A model generated the notes under the pieces. It was not told where the DNA came from. It searched no databases and saw only the letters and a list, made by a program, of their open reading frames with translations. Of a stretch of DNA of 64,000 nt, positions 10,943 to 21,146 are shown in pieces. Both the position numbers and the translations under genes were made by a program. The DNA comes from Waterburya sp. (GTDB lineage: Bacteria; Cyanobacteriota; Cyanobacteriia; Cyanobacteriales; Xenococcaceae), in assembly GCA_965217895.1 (NCBI GenBank), contig CBDCJV010000002.1, forward strand, positions 1,600,001 through 1,664,000. The letters are read 5' to 3'. Numbering within the stretch: the first letter of the stretch is position 1; the number at the start of each line of letters is the position of its first letter.

Positions 10943-13900
10943 TCAGGGAATTAGCTTATTTGTTAAAGCTACGGCACTGCTGATAATTTTTGCCAAAGCT
11001 GAGGGGGCTTCTAGAGGGAGATTGTGACCACCAGAAACTACAACTTTGGTAGCATTGGGCATAGCTTCGTGCTGTTGGTTTAAGTCTTCTATGCGGTTAA
11101 AGCTACTTTTGTCACCGTAAACCAGCGTAATCGGTACTTTGATTTTTTTCAACAGCTTTAGATAGCGCGATCGCCCGATCCCATTTAAGCTAATACCAGC
11201 CCTAGTCCGCAATAAGGGTTCCCAACGCCATCTTACCCCGCCTTCACAAGGTTCGGTAATTCTTTCGGCTAAGATCATTGCCAAAGAATGAGTAATAGCT
11301 GGAGTGGCTTTTCTCAAACGTTTGGCTGCTGCTTCAACATTAGGAAACACTGGATGTTCTGGAGGTGCAGCCATAGAGTCTAGCTGATTAGTTAAGCTAG
11401 CTGTAGGATCATCATCTTCGTTGGCTGTAGGTAATATTGTTTCAACTAGCACAATATTTTTGATCCTTTGGGGTCTAATAGTGGCAAATATAGCTCCTAA
11501 GACCGAACCTAGAGAATGCCCCACCAAAATAAAGGCTCTACCTGCTAAATTTTCGACAACAGCGTCAATATCTCCCAAAAAGTCAATCAGATTATAAGAT
11601 CCGCCCTTGCCAACGCGATCGCTTCTGCCATGTCCTCGTAAATCTGGGGCAATTACCCGATAGCCTTTTTGCGCCAAGCGAATTGCTACTTCTGACCAAG
11701 CTGCACCCTGTTCTAAAATACCGTGTAGGCAAAGAACCAAAGGTCCTTCTTCTGGCCCCCAGGTACAGAGACATATTTTTAAGCCTCTAATAGTGATCAG
11801 AGTTTCCTCCATCAATAAATCTACTACGTCAGCATTCGCTTCTTGAGGCAGTTCGTATTTGAGTTGCTTGGCAAGTTGCCCTGAGTATGTACCTAACATA
11901 GAAGGCAATTTTATTTCTCGCCAAGTTTCGGCTAGTTCGGCATCAATCTTTTGGTGATTGAGAAAATTAGGATCGCCCAAAGACATTGCGGTATCGTTAA
12001 CTCCATCGGTCAGGCGATCGCCTTGGTAAGGAGTTAATACAGCCTCATGATAGGGAACTTCTAAGAAATTACAAATCTGGGTCATCACTGCTTGAGGCTT
12101 GCTTACCAAGTCTTCGTAATAGACTAAATGGTATCGTTCAGGGTCAATATCTTGGGCAAAGTCGAGGATATTTTGATTACTGTCGCGCCAAATTAATTCC
12201 GCAAGCTGATAGGCATCCCCATCGACCGCTCCCACCAGCTTATCCATCCGCATTCGTGCAAAGGATTCTATAACTGCGTAGGGATGACGGACTAAATGGA
12301 TATACTTGGCATTGTTAAAGATAGTTTCTGCTTTGGCTAAAGTCTCTCGGTTGCTGGCGTAGGTAGGAGATTTATCAATCAAAAGGCGATCGCCTGCTAG
12401 CTGCTGAAGCATCTGATAAGCCTCTGCTACAGAAAGATTTTCTTGGGTTAATTCTGCGACTAATGCTTGGCTTTCGGCTGCACTAATACCTTTAAGTGCC
12501 ATAAAGGCGCGTTTTAGTCCTTCCCCTAGTTGAGAAACTCCCAATTGCGCTTCTCTCTCTGCCATGTTTTCAAAAGGAAGTAAATGCAGTTCTGGAGGAG
12601 AAAATAATCCAGAATGTCCTGCTAACATGACTCTTAACAAAGTTGAACCAGAACGAGGACTAGAGAGGATAAAGGCCGCAGGGGGTAATTTAGCTTTTAA
12701 GAGATTTAATTTTGGTTGCGAACGAACTTCACTAGTTGGCTTAACTTCTTCCTCATGGGTTTTAGTAAATTCCCCAGCTAAATATTCAGCTAGATCGACA
12801 ATTTGGGGGCGTTCATAAAATTCTCTAGGATAGAGAATCAACCGTAAGTCGGTTTTTAACTGGTTGATAGCTTCCATCACCATCAATGAATCCATGCCAA
12901 TATCCAGCAGACTTGAGTTAACAGAAAGATCATCTGCCTCAATCTGAAGTATTTCGGCGAGAGCCTTTTGCAAATATTGAGTTAAATATTCTGGTCGTAG
13001 ATCGGCTTTGGTTGCCAACAATTCTGGGAAAATCAGGTTATCTGCTGGCTGATTATTATCCTTGGACTGACTAACTAATTGCGAAAAATAATTGGACTCA
13101 TTTAAATGAGCGAACTTTTGACTTAACTGCTGCCAATCTGCGCTGATAACACCCACCTGAGTTAACTCAGTAGTTAATAACTCTTCTAAAGCTGCTAATC
13201 CCGCCTGAGGATTAATCAAATCCAAGCCTTTAATCTCAACTCCTTGCTTAACCGCCATTCCGCTTTCTCCCCAAGCACCCCAATTGATGCTCAAAGCTGG
13301 TAAATTCTGACTTTGACGATAACGAGCGATCGCATCTAAGCCTGCGTTTGCCACAGTATAATTACCTTGTCCTGGTGAACCAATCAAAGAAGCAACAGAA
13401 GAGAATAAAACCAAGAAATCTAGCTCAATATCTTTGGTACAGCGATGTAGATTCCAAGCACCAGTAACTTTGGGCGCAATTACCCTATCAAATCTTGCCC
13501 AAGTTTGTCCTTGTAACAAGCCATCATCTAATATTCCCGCAGCGTGAATTACACCCTTTATTGACGACTGAGAAAAAATGTCTTTTAGTGCCTTATAGTC
13601 TGTAATATCAACCTGGACAACATTAACCTTAACCCCCTGTTTCTCTAATTCACTTATTTCCTGTTGAGCAAATTCTGATGGTTTGCTTCTACCGATTAGT
13701 AATAGATTTTTCGCTCCTTTATCTACTAGCCACTGAGCAACCTGTAATCCTAATGAACCCAAACCGCCTGTAATTAAATAAGCAGCGTCATCTTTAATTT
13801 CTAAAGTTTGCGTCGGTTTAATATTTGCTGTTTTACTTAGACGGGGTACATAAATATTTTCTTGTCGTAAAGCCAAACGATCTTCTTTATTCTTATTAGT

Positions 13901-16900
13901 AATAACCGCAAGCAAACTATCAACTTCATGAGCTTCAGGTTCGATAGCCAAGTCAACAATTCCACCCCAATATTCAGGATGTTCTATAGCGATCGCATTA
14001 GCCAATCCCCAAAGACAGCTTGATGCCAAGGCGTTACTTTGGATATTATTAGCAATATTTTGATTTCCTCTAGTAGCTAACCAAATAGGTGCAATAATCG
14101 AGTTTTGACTCAAAGCCTGAAGTAAATTTAAAATATTAGTACAGTGCTGCTGTTGATAATTATTAATTTCCTTAATAGTTGACAACTCAGGATTATCTAA
14201 GCCTGTCAAATAAATAATTCCTGCTAGTTCTTGATACTGTGTAAATAGCTGAGTAAGATTATCAGAATCGAGATGGCGATCGCTAATTAAAATACTATTT
14301 TGTTTTAACTGTGCTGCTGTTTTTGCACCTAAACCATTTGTATCTGCAAAAATTAACCAAGGTTGATTGCTTTCTTGAGCAATAACTTTGGTATTTAAAC
14401 TATTTTCATAAACTTGCCAATCTATCTGATAAAAATCAGGCTGCTTAGACTTAGACTTATCTCTAGATGGTAAAAATACCTCGACTTTACTATTAGCAGA
14501 TGTTGCTTTTTTCGTTAACCAATAGCTCTGTCTTTGGAAAGGATAAGTAGGTAAGCTAACTTTTTGTCTGCTATTTCCCCGCTCAAAACTGTGCCAGTCT
14601 ATCTCTATTCCTTTGACATATAAAGAACCTAAACTTTGTAGTATTTGCTGCCAATCTTCTTTGCGTGGACGTAAACTAGGCAACCAAAAAGTTTCAGTTT
14701 GACCCTGAGTTGATACTGAACGCCCCATTCCCAATAAGATAGGTTTTGAGCCAATTTCTAAAAAGATATTACATTCTTGCTGCAATATTTCCATTCCCTC
14801 AGCAAACCTTACTGGTGCGAGTATATGATCTATCCAGTATTGCGCCGTAGAAATTTCCGCTGTTGCTGCTTTGCCTGTAATATTAGAAATTAATTTAGTG
14901 TGAGGCAGATGATATTCAATCGACTCAGCAACCTTAGCAAAATTTTCTAAGATAGGATTCATTAAGGGCGAATGAAAAGCATGAGAAACTTTTAATTGCT
15001 TGCTCTTGATCCCTTGGGTATTAAATTTACTAATTATTGAGCGTATTGCGGTTTCTTCACCAGAAATAACAACGCTTTGATGGCTATTAATAGCTGCGAT
15101 CGCAACTTGCTCTCGAAAGGATTTGATTACTGATTTAACCGTAGTCTCATCAGCAAAAACTGCATACATCTCCCCGACTTGGGATAAGCTTTGCATTAAT
15201 TTACCCCGCGTAGCCAACAGCTTGAGTCCATCAGCCAAACTAAATACTCCAGCAACCGTAGCAGCAACGTATTCACCCACGCTATGTCCAAGTAAGGCTG
15301 ATGGTTTAATTCTCCAGTCCATCCACATCTGCGTCAAGGCGTATTCTATGGCAAAAATTGCTGGCTGAGTATAAACAGTTTCGTTAAGTAAGGATGAGGG
15401 ATGTTCGGGATATAAGACTTCAAGTAGAGGTTTTTCTAGATAGGAATCAAGAATTTCGGCACATCGATTGAGGGCTTTTTTGAATACTGGTTGGGTCTGA
15501 TATAGCTGATAACCCATGTTCACATATTGCGAACCTTGTCCTGTAAATAGAAAAGCTACCTGATTTTGATTGCTATTGCTGGTTTCACCGTAAGCAATAC
15601 CTTTAAATTGTCCTGCGGTAAAGTTAGCTAATTTATCCTGAAGCTGAGTTTTAGATTTGACAGCGATCGCCAAACGATGATTAAAATGGCTACGTCCATT
15701 ATTAGCAGTATGGCAAATATCAGCCAAAGCTATATCAGGGTTTTCTACTAGATAATCTTTATAACTTAAAACTAGATCGTTTAAAGCAGATTTGCTTTTT
15801 GCTGAAAGGGTTAATAGATGTAAAGTACGTTCAGATAATATTTCTTTCTCTCTATTCCCCACGTCCTCTAAGTCATTATCTTTTTTACTGACATCAAGTA
15901 CATCTCCTACAATTAGATGGGCATTTGTGCCACCAAAGCCAAAAGAGCTTACTCCAGCATATTTTGTGTCGCCCGAAGTTATCCACGGCTGTAACTGCTG
16001 AGGAATAGTCATGCCTGTATCAGCTAAATCTATTAAAGGATTTAGCTGCTTAAAGTGGAGATTAGGGGGAATAGCATGATGTTGCAGACAAAGTACTGTC
16101 TTAATCAAGCTAGCAATTCCTGCTGCTGATTCTAAATGTCCAATATTGGTTTTGAGTGAACCAAGATAACAAGATCGATCCTTTTCTTGACCTAAGACAG
16201 CCTTGAGAGAATTAACCTCAATCGGATCGCCCAAAGATGTCCCTGTACCGTGAGACTCCACATAGCTAATCTCGGCAGGGGAAACATTAGCATTAGCCAA
16301 AGCCTGACGAATTACCGCCTGTTGAGATAGTCCGTTAGGGGCGGTCAAACCATTGCTACGTCCATCCTGGTTAATAGCCGAACCCTTGATAACTGCTAAA
16401 ATGCGATCGCCATCTCGTTGAGCATCTGCTAACCGCTTAAGAATAACTACGCCACAGCCTTCACCACGCACATAGCCATCCGCGTCCGCATCAAAGGTTT
16501 TACAGCGTCCATCTTCTGCCATCATGCCAGCGACCGTAAAGGTTTGAGTCAGTTCAGGAGATAGCATCAAGTTAACTCCGCCTGCGATCGCCAGATTGCA
16601 TTCTCCTGTTTTTAAGCTTTGACTAGCAAGATGGAGCGCTACTAGAGACGAAGAACAAGCCGTATCTACCGCCATCGAAGGCCCTTTTAGGTCAAACAGA
16701 TAGGAAAGACGGTTTGCAGCAATGCTATGGGCATTTCCTGTGCCTACATAGGCATCAACATCTAAGTCGTAATGAAAGCGTAACTGAGAATAATCACTGC
16801 TGCTAATGCCGATAAATACGCCCGTATTGCTACCTGCTAAATTCTTATTGGCGACTCCTGCATCTTCTAAAGCTGACCAGCTAACCTCTAGTAAGAGTCT

Positions 16901-19237
16901 TTGTTGTGGATCGATACTTTGTGCCTCACGGGGAGTAATGCCAAAAAACTGCGGGTCAAACTGGTCTACATTCTCAATAAAGCCACCCCAGCTTGAATCT
17001 GACCAGCGATTGCTTTTGGCGATCGCGTCTTTGCCATCTCGCAACATTTGCCAGAATTGAGCGGGATTATTCGCCCCAGGAAAACGACAGCCAATACCTA
17101 TAATAGCTATTTCAGATTGGGTATTAGATATTCCGTAGGGTCGAACGGCTGTTTGCCCAGTTAAAATCGGGGTTGAAATATTTTCAGTTTGATTATTTGT
17201 TAGATAAACAGCAAGTTCAGCAATATTGGGATAGTCGTAAACAATAGTGGGGGACAGCTTTATATCCAGCCAGTCTTCCAACTCTGCCGATAGGCTAACT
17301 GCTGCAAGTGAACTTAAACCAGAACTGGCAAAGGGTTCATAAATGTCTATCTTTGATGCAGCTATGCCTAATTGCTGTGCCAGATTTTCAATTAACCAAT
17401 TTTGAATTTGATCCTGTTTTCGATCAAACCCCGTAGGGGCGAACGGCTGTTCGCCCCTACCATTATTTGGTTGTGATAAACGACCGTCTTCTGCCAGCGA
17501 TTTATATTCCCCAACAACATCCAAACTGCCATCTAAATATCGAGCTTTACAAGCATGACGCTGTATCTTTCCGCTAGAAGTTTTAGGGATACCGCCTGTT
17601 TTGAGCAATATGATAGCGTGGATTTGTAGTTCATGATTTTGAGCTACTGCTTGCAGAATTGCCTTAGTAACCTCATCTACATCAAGCTTACGCAGATAAG
17701 TCCGTTTAATTTCTGCGGTGACAACTAGCTTTTCTTCTCCTGCAACTTCCACAGCAAAAGCGGCTACATTACCTGCTCGAATTGCTTCATGGGCAAGATC
17801 TAAAGTTAGTTCAATGTCTTGAGGATAATAATTGCGTCCACGAATAATAATTAAATCTTTCAAACGCCCTGTAACAAATAGCTCTCCTGCTTGTAAAAAG
17901 CCTAAATCTCCTGTACGTAACCATCCTGATTCTTGAGTGTCGGCTAATACTGCATTAAAGCTAGTAGCTGTAAGTTCATCTAGACCCCAGTAGCCTTGGG
18001 CTATACTATCGCTTTTTGCCCAAATTTCTCCAATTTCGACCTCTGAACATTTTGTTAGAGTCTGGGGATTAACAATAACCAGTCTTTGTCCTGGAAGATT
18101 GCGCCCACTACTAACCAAAGTAGTTTTATTTTCTGCATTGCTAGTAGCAACGGCGAGGTTTTCTTCAAGTTTTTGAGTGTCAAAGCTGGCGGTAACTGGC
18201 TTTTGATGCTTATCTCCTGCTGTAATCAGGAGAGTAGATTCTGCCATGCCATAGCTAGGATAAAAAGCTGCCGTGCGAAAACCACAGTCGCGAAAGTATT
18301 CACTAAAACGCTCAATAGTTTCGGCTCTGACTGGCTCTGCACCTGAAAAAGCTAGTTCCCAGCAACTTAAATCTAGGTTGGCTTTTTGTTCGGCAGTAAT
18401 GCGATCGACACAAAGATCGTAGGCAAAATTAGGCCCTCCATTAGTTACCCCTCTATAACGAGAAATTGCCTGTAACCAACGGTAAGGACGCTGTAAAAAG
18501 GTTACAGGAGCCATTAAATACATCGATAACCCAACATACATTGGTTGGACAATACAGCCAATTAAACCCAAGTCATGGTATGGAGGCAGCCAAGAAACGG
18601 CAGTGTGTTTCCGTTCATTTTGGAAACAATGATTGATTGTGGCGGAGTTAGCCATTAAATTGCCATGACTGACCATCACGCCCTTAGGTCTACCTGTTGA
18701 ACCACTGGTATATTGCAAAAAAGCTAAATTTTTTGGGGTGATCTCTGGATGCTGCCAAGCTGAAGATAGATTAAGTTCAAAAGTATCAGTGGCGATAAAT
18801 CTTACTTTTGAACTAGCATTGTGATTAGCAAACTTGCTAGCAACTTGCTCCCGAATCAATTTGGTCGTTAAAGCAAAACTTGCCTCCGCATCGGTAACGA
18901 TCGCTATTAAACGTTCAAGCGAACGATTGGCACGGGGTGGATAAACGGGAACAGCTACCACTCCCGCGTATAAGCAACCCAAGAAAGCCGTAATAAAATC
19001 TAATCCTGGCTGGTATAGCAACAATGCTCTTTGCCCCTGAGCATTATGGCTTTGCAACACAGAAGCGATCGCCTTAGCTTTTTCATTCAATTGTTGATAT
19101 GTGAGACTATCTATTTCAGTCTCACCATCGGCTAAAAAAGTAAACGCCCTTTTATTAGGCTGAATACTCGCTTGTTCTTGTAATCGTTGTACCAGGGTTA
19201 TTTGCTTGCTCAATCGTTTCCTCTCTTTGCCACCCAC
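10943..19237 (-). CDS. ols: Olefin synthase (1-alkene-forming type I PKS): FAAL-ACP-KS-AT-KR-ACP-sulfotransferase-thioesterase
   Basis: QYTSGSTGRPKG (FAAL); GLSSL and GMDSL (ACPs); DTACSSS/HGTGT/NIGH (KS); GHSVG and HAFH (malonyl AT); GGLGSLG and LDD (KR); SSPRSGSTLLR (PAPS binding); GHSLG (TE). The GTG start is uncertain. Confidence 0.93.
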   Translation of the reverse strand: MGGKERKRLSKQITLVQRLQEQASIQPNKRAFTFLADGETEIDSLTYQQLNEKAKAIASVLQSHNAQGQRALLLYQPGLDFITAFLGCLYAGVVAVPVYPPRANRSLERLIAIVTDAEASFALTTKLIREQVASKFANHNASSKVRFIATDTFELNLSSAWQHPEITPKNLAFLQYTSGSTGRPKGVMVSHGNLMANSATINHCFQNERKHTAVSWLPPYHDLGLIGCIVQPMYVGLSMYLMAPVTFLQRPYRWLQAISRYRGVTNGGPNFAYDLCVDRITAEQKANLDLSCWELAFSGAEPVRAETIERFSEYFRDCGFRTAAFYPSYGMAESTLLITAGDKHQKPVTASFDTQKLEENLAVATSNAENKTTLVSSGRNLPGQRLVIVNPQTLTKCSEVEIGEIWAKSDSIAQGYWGLDELTATSFNAVLADTQESGWLRTGDLGFLQAGELFVTGRLKDLIIIRGRNYYPQDIELTLDLAHEAIRAGNVAAFAVEVAGEEKLVVTAEIKRTYLRKLDVDEVTKAILQAVAQNHELQIHAIILLKTGGIPKTSSGKIQRHACKARYLDGSLDVVGEYKSLAEDGRLSQPNNGRGEQPFAPTGFDRKQDQIQNWLIENLAQQLGIAASKIDIYEPFASSGLSSLAAVSLSAELEDWLDIKLSPTIVYDYPNIAELAVYLTNNQTENISTPILTGQTAVRPYGISNTQSEIAIIGIGCRFPGANNPAQFWQMLRDGKDAIAKSNRWSDSSWGGFIENVDQFDPQFFGITPREAQSIDPQQRLLLEVSWSALEDAGVANKNLAGSNTGVFIGISSSDYSQLRFHYDLDVDAYVGTGNAHSIAANRLSYLFDLKGPSMAVDTACSSSLVALHLASQSLKTGECNLAIAGGVNLMLSPELTQTFTVAGMMAEDGRCKTFDADADGYVRGEGCGVVILKRLADAQRDGDRILAVIKGSAINQDGRSNGLTAPNGLSQQAVIRQALANANVSPAEISYVESHGTGTSLGDPIEVNSLKAVLGQEKDRSCYLGSLKTNIGHLESAAGIASLIKTVLCLQHHAIPPNLHFKQLNPLIDLADTGMTIPQQLQPWITSGDTKYAGVSSFGFGGTNAHLIVGDVLDVSKKDNDLEDVGNREKEILSERTLHLLTLSAKSKSALNDLVLSYKDYLVENPDIALADICHTANNGRSHFNHRLAIAVKSKTQLQDKLANFTAGQFKGIAYGETSNSNQNQVAFLFTGQGSQYVNMGYQLYQTQPVFKKALNRCAEILDSYLEKPLLEVLYPEHPSSLLNETVYTQPAIFAIEYALTQMWMDWRIKPSALLGHSVGEYVAATVAGVFSLADGLKLLATRGKLMQSLSQVGEMYAVFADETTVKSVIKSFREQVAIAAINSHQSVVISGEETAIRSIISKFNTQGIKSKQLKVSHAFHSPLMNPILENFAKVAESIEYHLPHTKLISNITGKAATAEISTAQYWIDHILAPVRFAEGMEILQQECNIFLEIGSKPILLGMGRSVSTQGQTETFWLPSLRPRKEDWQQILQSLGSLYVKGIEIDWHSFERGNSRQKVSLPTYPFQRQSYWLTKKATSANSKVEVFLPSRDKSKSKQPDFYQIDWQVYENSLNTKVIAQESNQPWLIFADTNGLGAKTAAQLKQNSILISDRHLDSDNLTQLFTQYQELAGIIYLTGLDNPELSTIKEINNYQQQHCTNILNLLQALSQNSIIAPIWLATRGNQNIANNIQSNALASSCLWGLANAIAIEHPEYWGGIVDLAIEPEAHEVDSLLAVITNKNKEDRLALRQENIYVPRLSKTANIKPTQTLEIKDDAAYLITGGLGSLGLQVAQWLVDKGAKNLLLIGRSKPSEFAQQEISELEKQGVKVNVVQVDITDYKALKDIFSQSSIKGVIHAAGILDDGLLQGQTWARFDRVIAPKVTGAWNLHRCTKDIELDFLVLFSSVASLIGSPGQGNYTVANAGLDAIARYRQSQNLPALSINWGAWGESGMAVKQGVEIKGLDLINPQAGLAALEELLTTELTQVGVISADWQQLSQKFAHLNESNYFSQLVSQSKDNNQPADNLIFPELLATKADLRPEYLTQYLQKALAEILQIEADDLSVNSSLLDIGMDSLMVMEAINQLKTDLRLILYPREFYERPQIVDLAEYLAGEFTKTHEEEVKPTSEVRSQPKLNLLKAKLPPAAFILSSPRSGSTLLRVMLAGHSGLFSPPELHLLPFENMAEREAQLGVSQLGEGLKRAFMALKGISAAESQALVAELTQENLSVAEAYQMLQQLAGDRLLIDKSPTYASNRETLAKAETIFNNAKYIHLVRHPYAVIESFARMRMDKLVGAVDGDAYQLAELIWRDSNQNILDFAQDIDPERYHLVYYEDLVSKPQAVMTQICNFLEVPYHEAVLTPYQGDRLTDGVNDTAMSLGDPNFLNHQKIDAELAETWREIKLPSMLGTYSGQLAKQLKYELPQEANADVVDLLMEETLITIRGLKICLCTWGPEEGPLVLCLHGILEQGAAWSEVAIRLAQKGYRVIAPDLRGHGRSDRVGKGGSYNLIDFLGDIDAVVENLAGRAFILVGHSLGSVLGAIFATIRPQRIKNIVLVETILPTANEDDDPTASLTNQLDSMAAPPEHPVFPNVEAAAKRLRKATPAITHSLAMILAERITEPCEGGVRWRWEPLLRTRAGISLNGIGRSRYLKLLKKIKVPITLVYGDKSSFNRIEDLNQQHEAMPNATKVVVSGGHNLPLEAPSALAKIISSAVALTNKLIP
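17135..17162. repeat. Degenerate GTAG REP-like palindrome inside ols
   Basis: GTAGGGTCGAAC-GGCT-GTTTGCCCAGTT. Confidence 0.75.
17433..17460. repeat. Perfect GTAG REP-like palindrome inside ols
   Basis: GTAGGGGCGAAC-GGCT-GTTCGCCCCTAC, with perfect 12-bp arms. Confidence 0.9.
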
Positions 19238-19372
19238 GAAGCTAGGTATATATCTAGCTTATCCAAAAGCGAGAGATGTTTGTTAATCTCGCTGATGAAT
19301 TAAATATTCTCAGACAAAGAATAACCGATAAAGGTATAAAAACATAGTAAGACTTTAAAGGTTAGTCTTATT

Positions 19373-19546
19373 TCACGCCAAGACGCAAAGGCGCAGAGAA
19401 AGAACGCAGAAGATTTGAAAAATATAGAGAATAGCGATCGCTTTATTATGTAGAGAGGAGAAAAGCGATCGCGTTTTTGAAGGTAAGGAGCTATTTAGTT
19501 TTTATCTCTCGCACCAGACGCAGAGGCGCAAAGAAAGACACAGAAC
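19373..19546 (+). repeat. Two ~40-bp direct repeats built of 9-mer units (ACGCAAAGG/GCGCAGAGA)
   Basis: 19373-19412 TCACGCCAAGACGCAAAGGCGCAGAGAAAGAACGCAGAAG and 19507-19546 TCTCGCACCAGACGCAGAGGCGCAAAGAAAGACACAGAAC. Confidence 0.8.
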
Positions 19547-19551
19547 AGAGA

Positions 19552-19890
19552 TTAAAGGTTATTTGCTATGCGAGTAATACCGTTTTTGATTAAGTCGGTG
19601 TTGAAGTTGATTAATAAACCCAAACGTTTGTTAGTCAGACGGAGATAAGTTAATAGTTGCTTCTTATGAACTGGGGCGATATGTTCTACAGACTTTAACT
19701 CAACAATTACCAGATTTTCTACAATAAAATCTGCCCTAAAACCTTCCCCCAAGTGCATTCCTTCATACACCACAGGAATAGGCTTTTGCCGTTCAAACCT
19801 CAACCCTCGCTTTTGCAACTCATAAGCCATTACCGCTTCATACACCGACTCCAACAAACCTGCACCCAATCTTGTATGGATAGCGATCGC
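19552..19890 (-). pseudogene. GxxExxY protein (PD-(D/E)XK nuclease-like), N-terminally truncated
   Basis: AIAIHTRLGAGLLESVYE, RADFIVE..VIVELKS, QLLTYL and GLLINFN. An in-frame TAA lies just upstream of the HIP1 site at 19883-19890. Confidence 0.85.
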
Positions 19891-19961
19891 TAATTAAAGA
19901 AAGGTGATTGAATCTTCCCTTTCAACTGACCTTGGGCAATTACCCAATTACCATATGTGCC

Positions 19962-20021
19962 TTTTAACGCTTGAGTTAATCGACTCTGCAAGGCGATGTC
20001 GGCTTGGATGAATTGTTAGAT
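19962..20021 (-). other. Integron attC site (60 bp, classic 59-base-element type)
   Basis: Minus strand ATCTAAC-AATTCATCCAAGCCGACATCGCCTTGCAGAGTCGATTAACTCAAGC-GTTAAAA. It has R''/R' boxes and an L''/L' dyad, and closely resembles the aadA/Xanthomonas-type attC. Confidence 0.9.
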
Positions 20022-20332
20022 GCACTCGACGCGCTGCCAGAACGCCAAGTCTTAATCGCAGCAATGACACGCGCCCCGTGCGATGAAGAAAGATCCCGAT
20101 CTTTAAATATCGACTGGCTAGCTATGAGGATCGGCGCACTGTTCTGAATCTGCTGAGCCAGCCAAGTTAGGTAGCTTCTACCAGTCTGACCATACTCCCG
20201 TATCTCTTCAGAGCTAAGTTCGATTAGGAAACTGTAGTCAACCATGCTAAGACTGCAATTTGTATCAAGGAGCAGTGAATCGGCATCGCGAAGCAGAAAC
20301 CATGTATGTGGTTCATGGTCAAGAACATTCAT
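19976..20332 (-). CDS. Hypothetical protein, integron cassette 2
   Basis: 118-aa ORF with AGGAG 7 nt upstream, visibly higher GC than the host. Its C-terminus SNNSSKPTSP is the translated attC. Confidence 0.75.
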   Translation of the reverse strand: MNVLDHEPHTWFLLRDADSLLLDTNCSLSMVDYSFLIELSSEEIREYGQTGRSYLTWLAQQIQNSAPILIASQSIFKDRDLSSSHGARVIAAIKTWRSGSASSASNNSSKPTSPCRVD

Positions 20333-20447
20333 TACTGCGCTCCTAATTATTCCACAATAGTTCCATTATCTATTATATGGTTTTGTCAGTCACAATCAGC
20401 ACCAACGGATAACTTTCAGGCTACTATCTTAACCCAGAAACGAAGCC

Positions 20448-20519
20448 AGCTAACGAACAAACTCACCAGCGGTAAGGAAGCGTAGCGGAATTGCCGTCTA
20501 GTGCAGTGTCTTGTTAGCC
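20448..20519 (-). other. Integron attC site (72 bp)
   Basis: Minus strand GGCTAAC-AAGACACTGCACTAGACGGCAATTCCGCTACGCTTCCTTACCGCTGGTGAGTTTGTTC-GTTAGCT. The methyltransferase stop TAA lies inside R''. Confidence 0.9.
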
Positions 20520-21146
20520 TGTTTTTCTGCACTCAACCCCAAGACAATTTTCCCATCTGTCTTTGTCTTCTACTGTTTGAAAAAATGGATCAGATGAATC
20601 TCCGAAATAAGCTCTTCTTATTTCAATATAACCCGCATCTTCAAGTTCTCGTGCAATTGACTTGAAATCCCACATCCAAAGGTGCTGCGAATTCCCAAGC
20701 CATGTGCTAAGAATACCTTTTAGCCCCCTCGCTCGTCTTTCATGACCAAGGCAGGTCTCTCCCATAAACTCCAAAGCTGCGCTATTTGAGGGATTATCCT
20801 TATATTTTCTGATTGAATATTCCAAATCTGGCAACACGAAGCGAAACACTCCACTAGCCCTTAAAATTCTTTTTGTTTTACGTAACGCTATTCTAAAATC
20901 ATTAAGAGAAAGATGCTCAAGAACGTGAGAACAATAAACTCCTTCACATGAATCTGGCACTATTGGTAAGCCTTTGACAATATCACCGTACTCCACATTG
21001 TTTGGGAATCGAGATTCATTTTTCGTATACAGACCACCTATGAGTGGTAATCTTTCGAAACGTAGTGCAGGAGAGGCATCGAAATTTCGCCACTGGTTAG
21101 GTGCAGACCATCCACACCCATATTGAACATACTTACTCTCTCTCAT
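20514..21146 (-). CDS. SAM-dependent methyltransferase (type 11-like), integron cassette 1
   Basis: YVQYGCG....WRNFD, YGDIVKGLP, VYCSHVLEHL, R.VLPDL and H.WMWD. Confidence 0.8.
   Translation of the reverse strand: MRESKYVQYGCGWSAPNQWRNFDASPALRFERLPLIGGLYTKNESRFPNNVEYGDIVKGLPIVPDSCEGVYCSHVLEHLSLNDFRIALRKTKRILRASGVFRFVLPDLEYSIRKYKDNPSNSAALEFMGETCLGHERRARGLKGILSTWLGNSQHLWMWDFKSIARELEDAGYIEIRRAYFGDSSDPFFQTVEDKDRWENCLGVECRKTG

Noticed and set aside
11592..18346. Short ORFs overlapping ols on either strand
   Set aside because: They are shadow frames of a long, motif-complete gene.
19373..19546. CRISPR mini-array
   Set aside because: There are only two imperfect repeats about 95 bp apart, and no cas genes. 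No repeat-spacer array was seen anywhere in the window.
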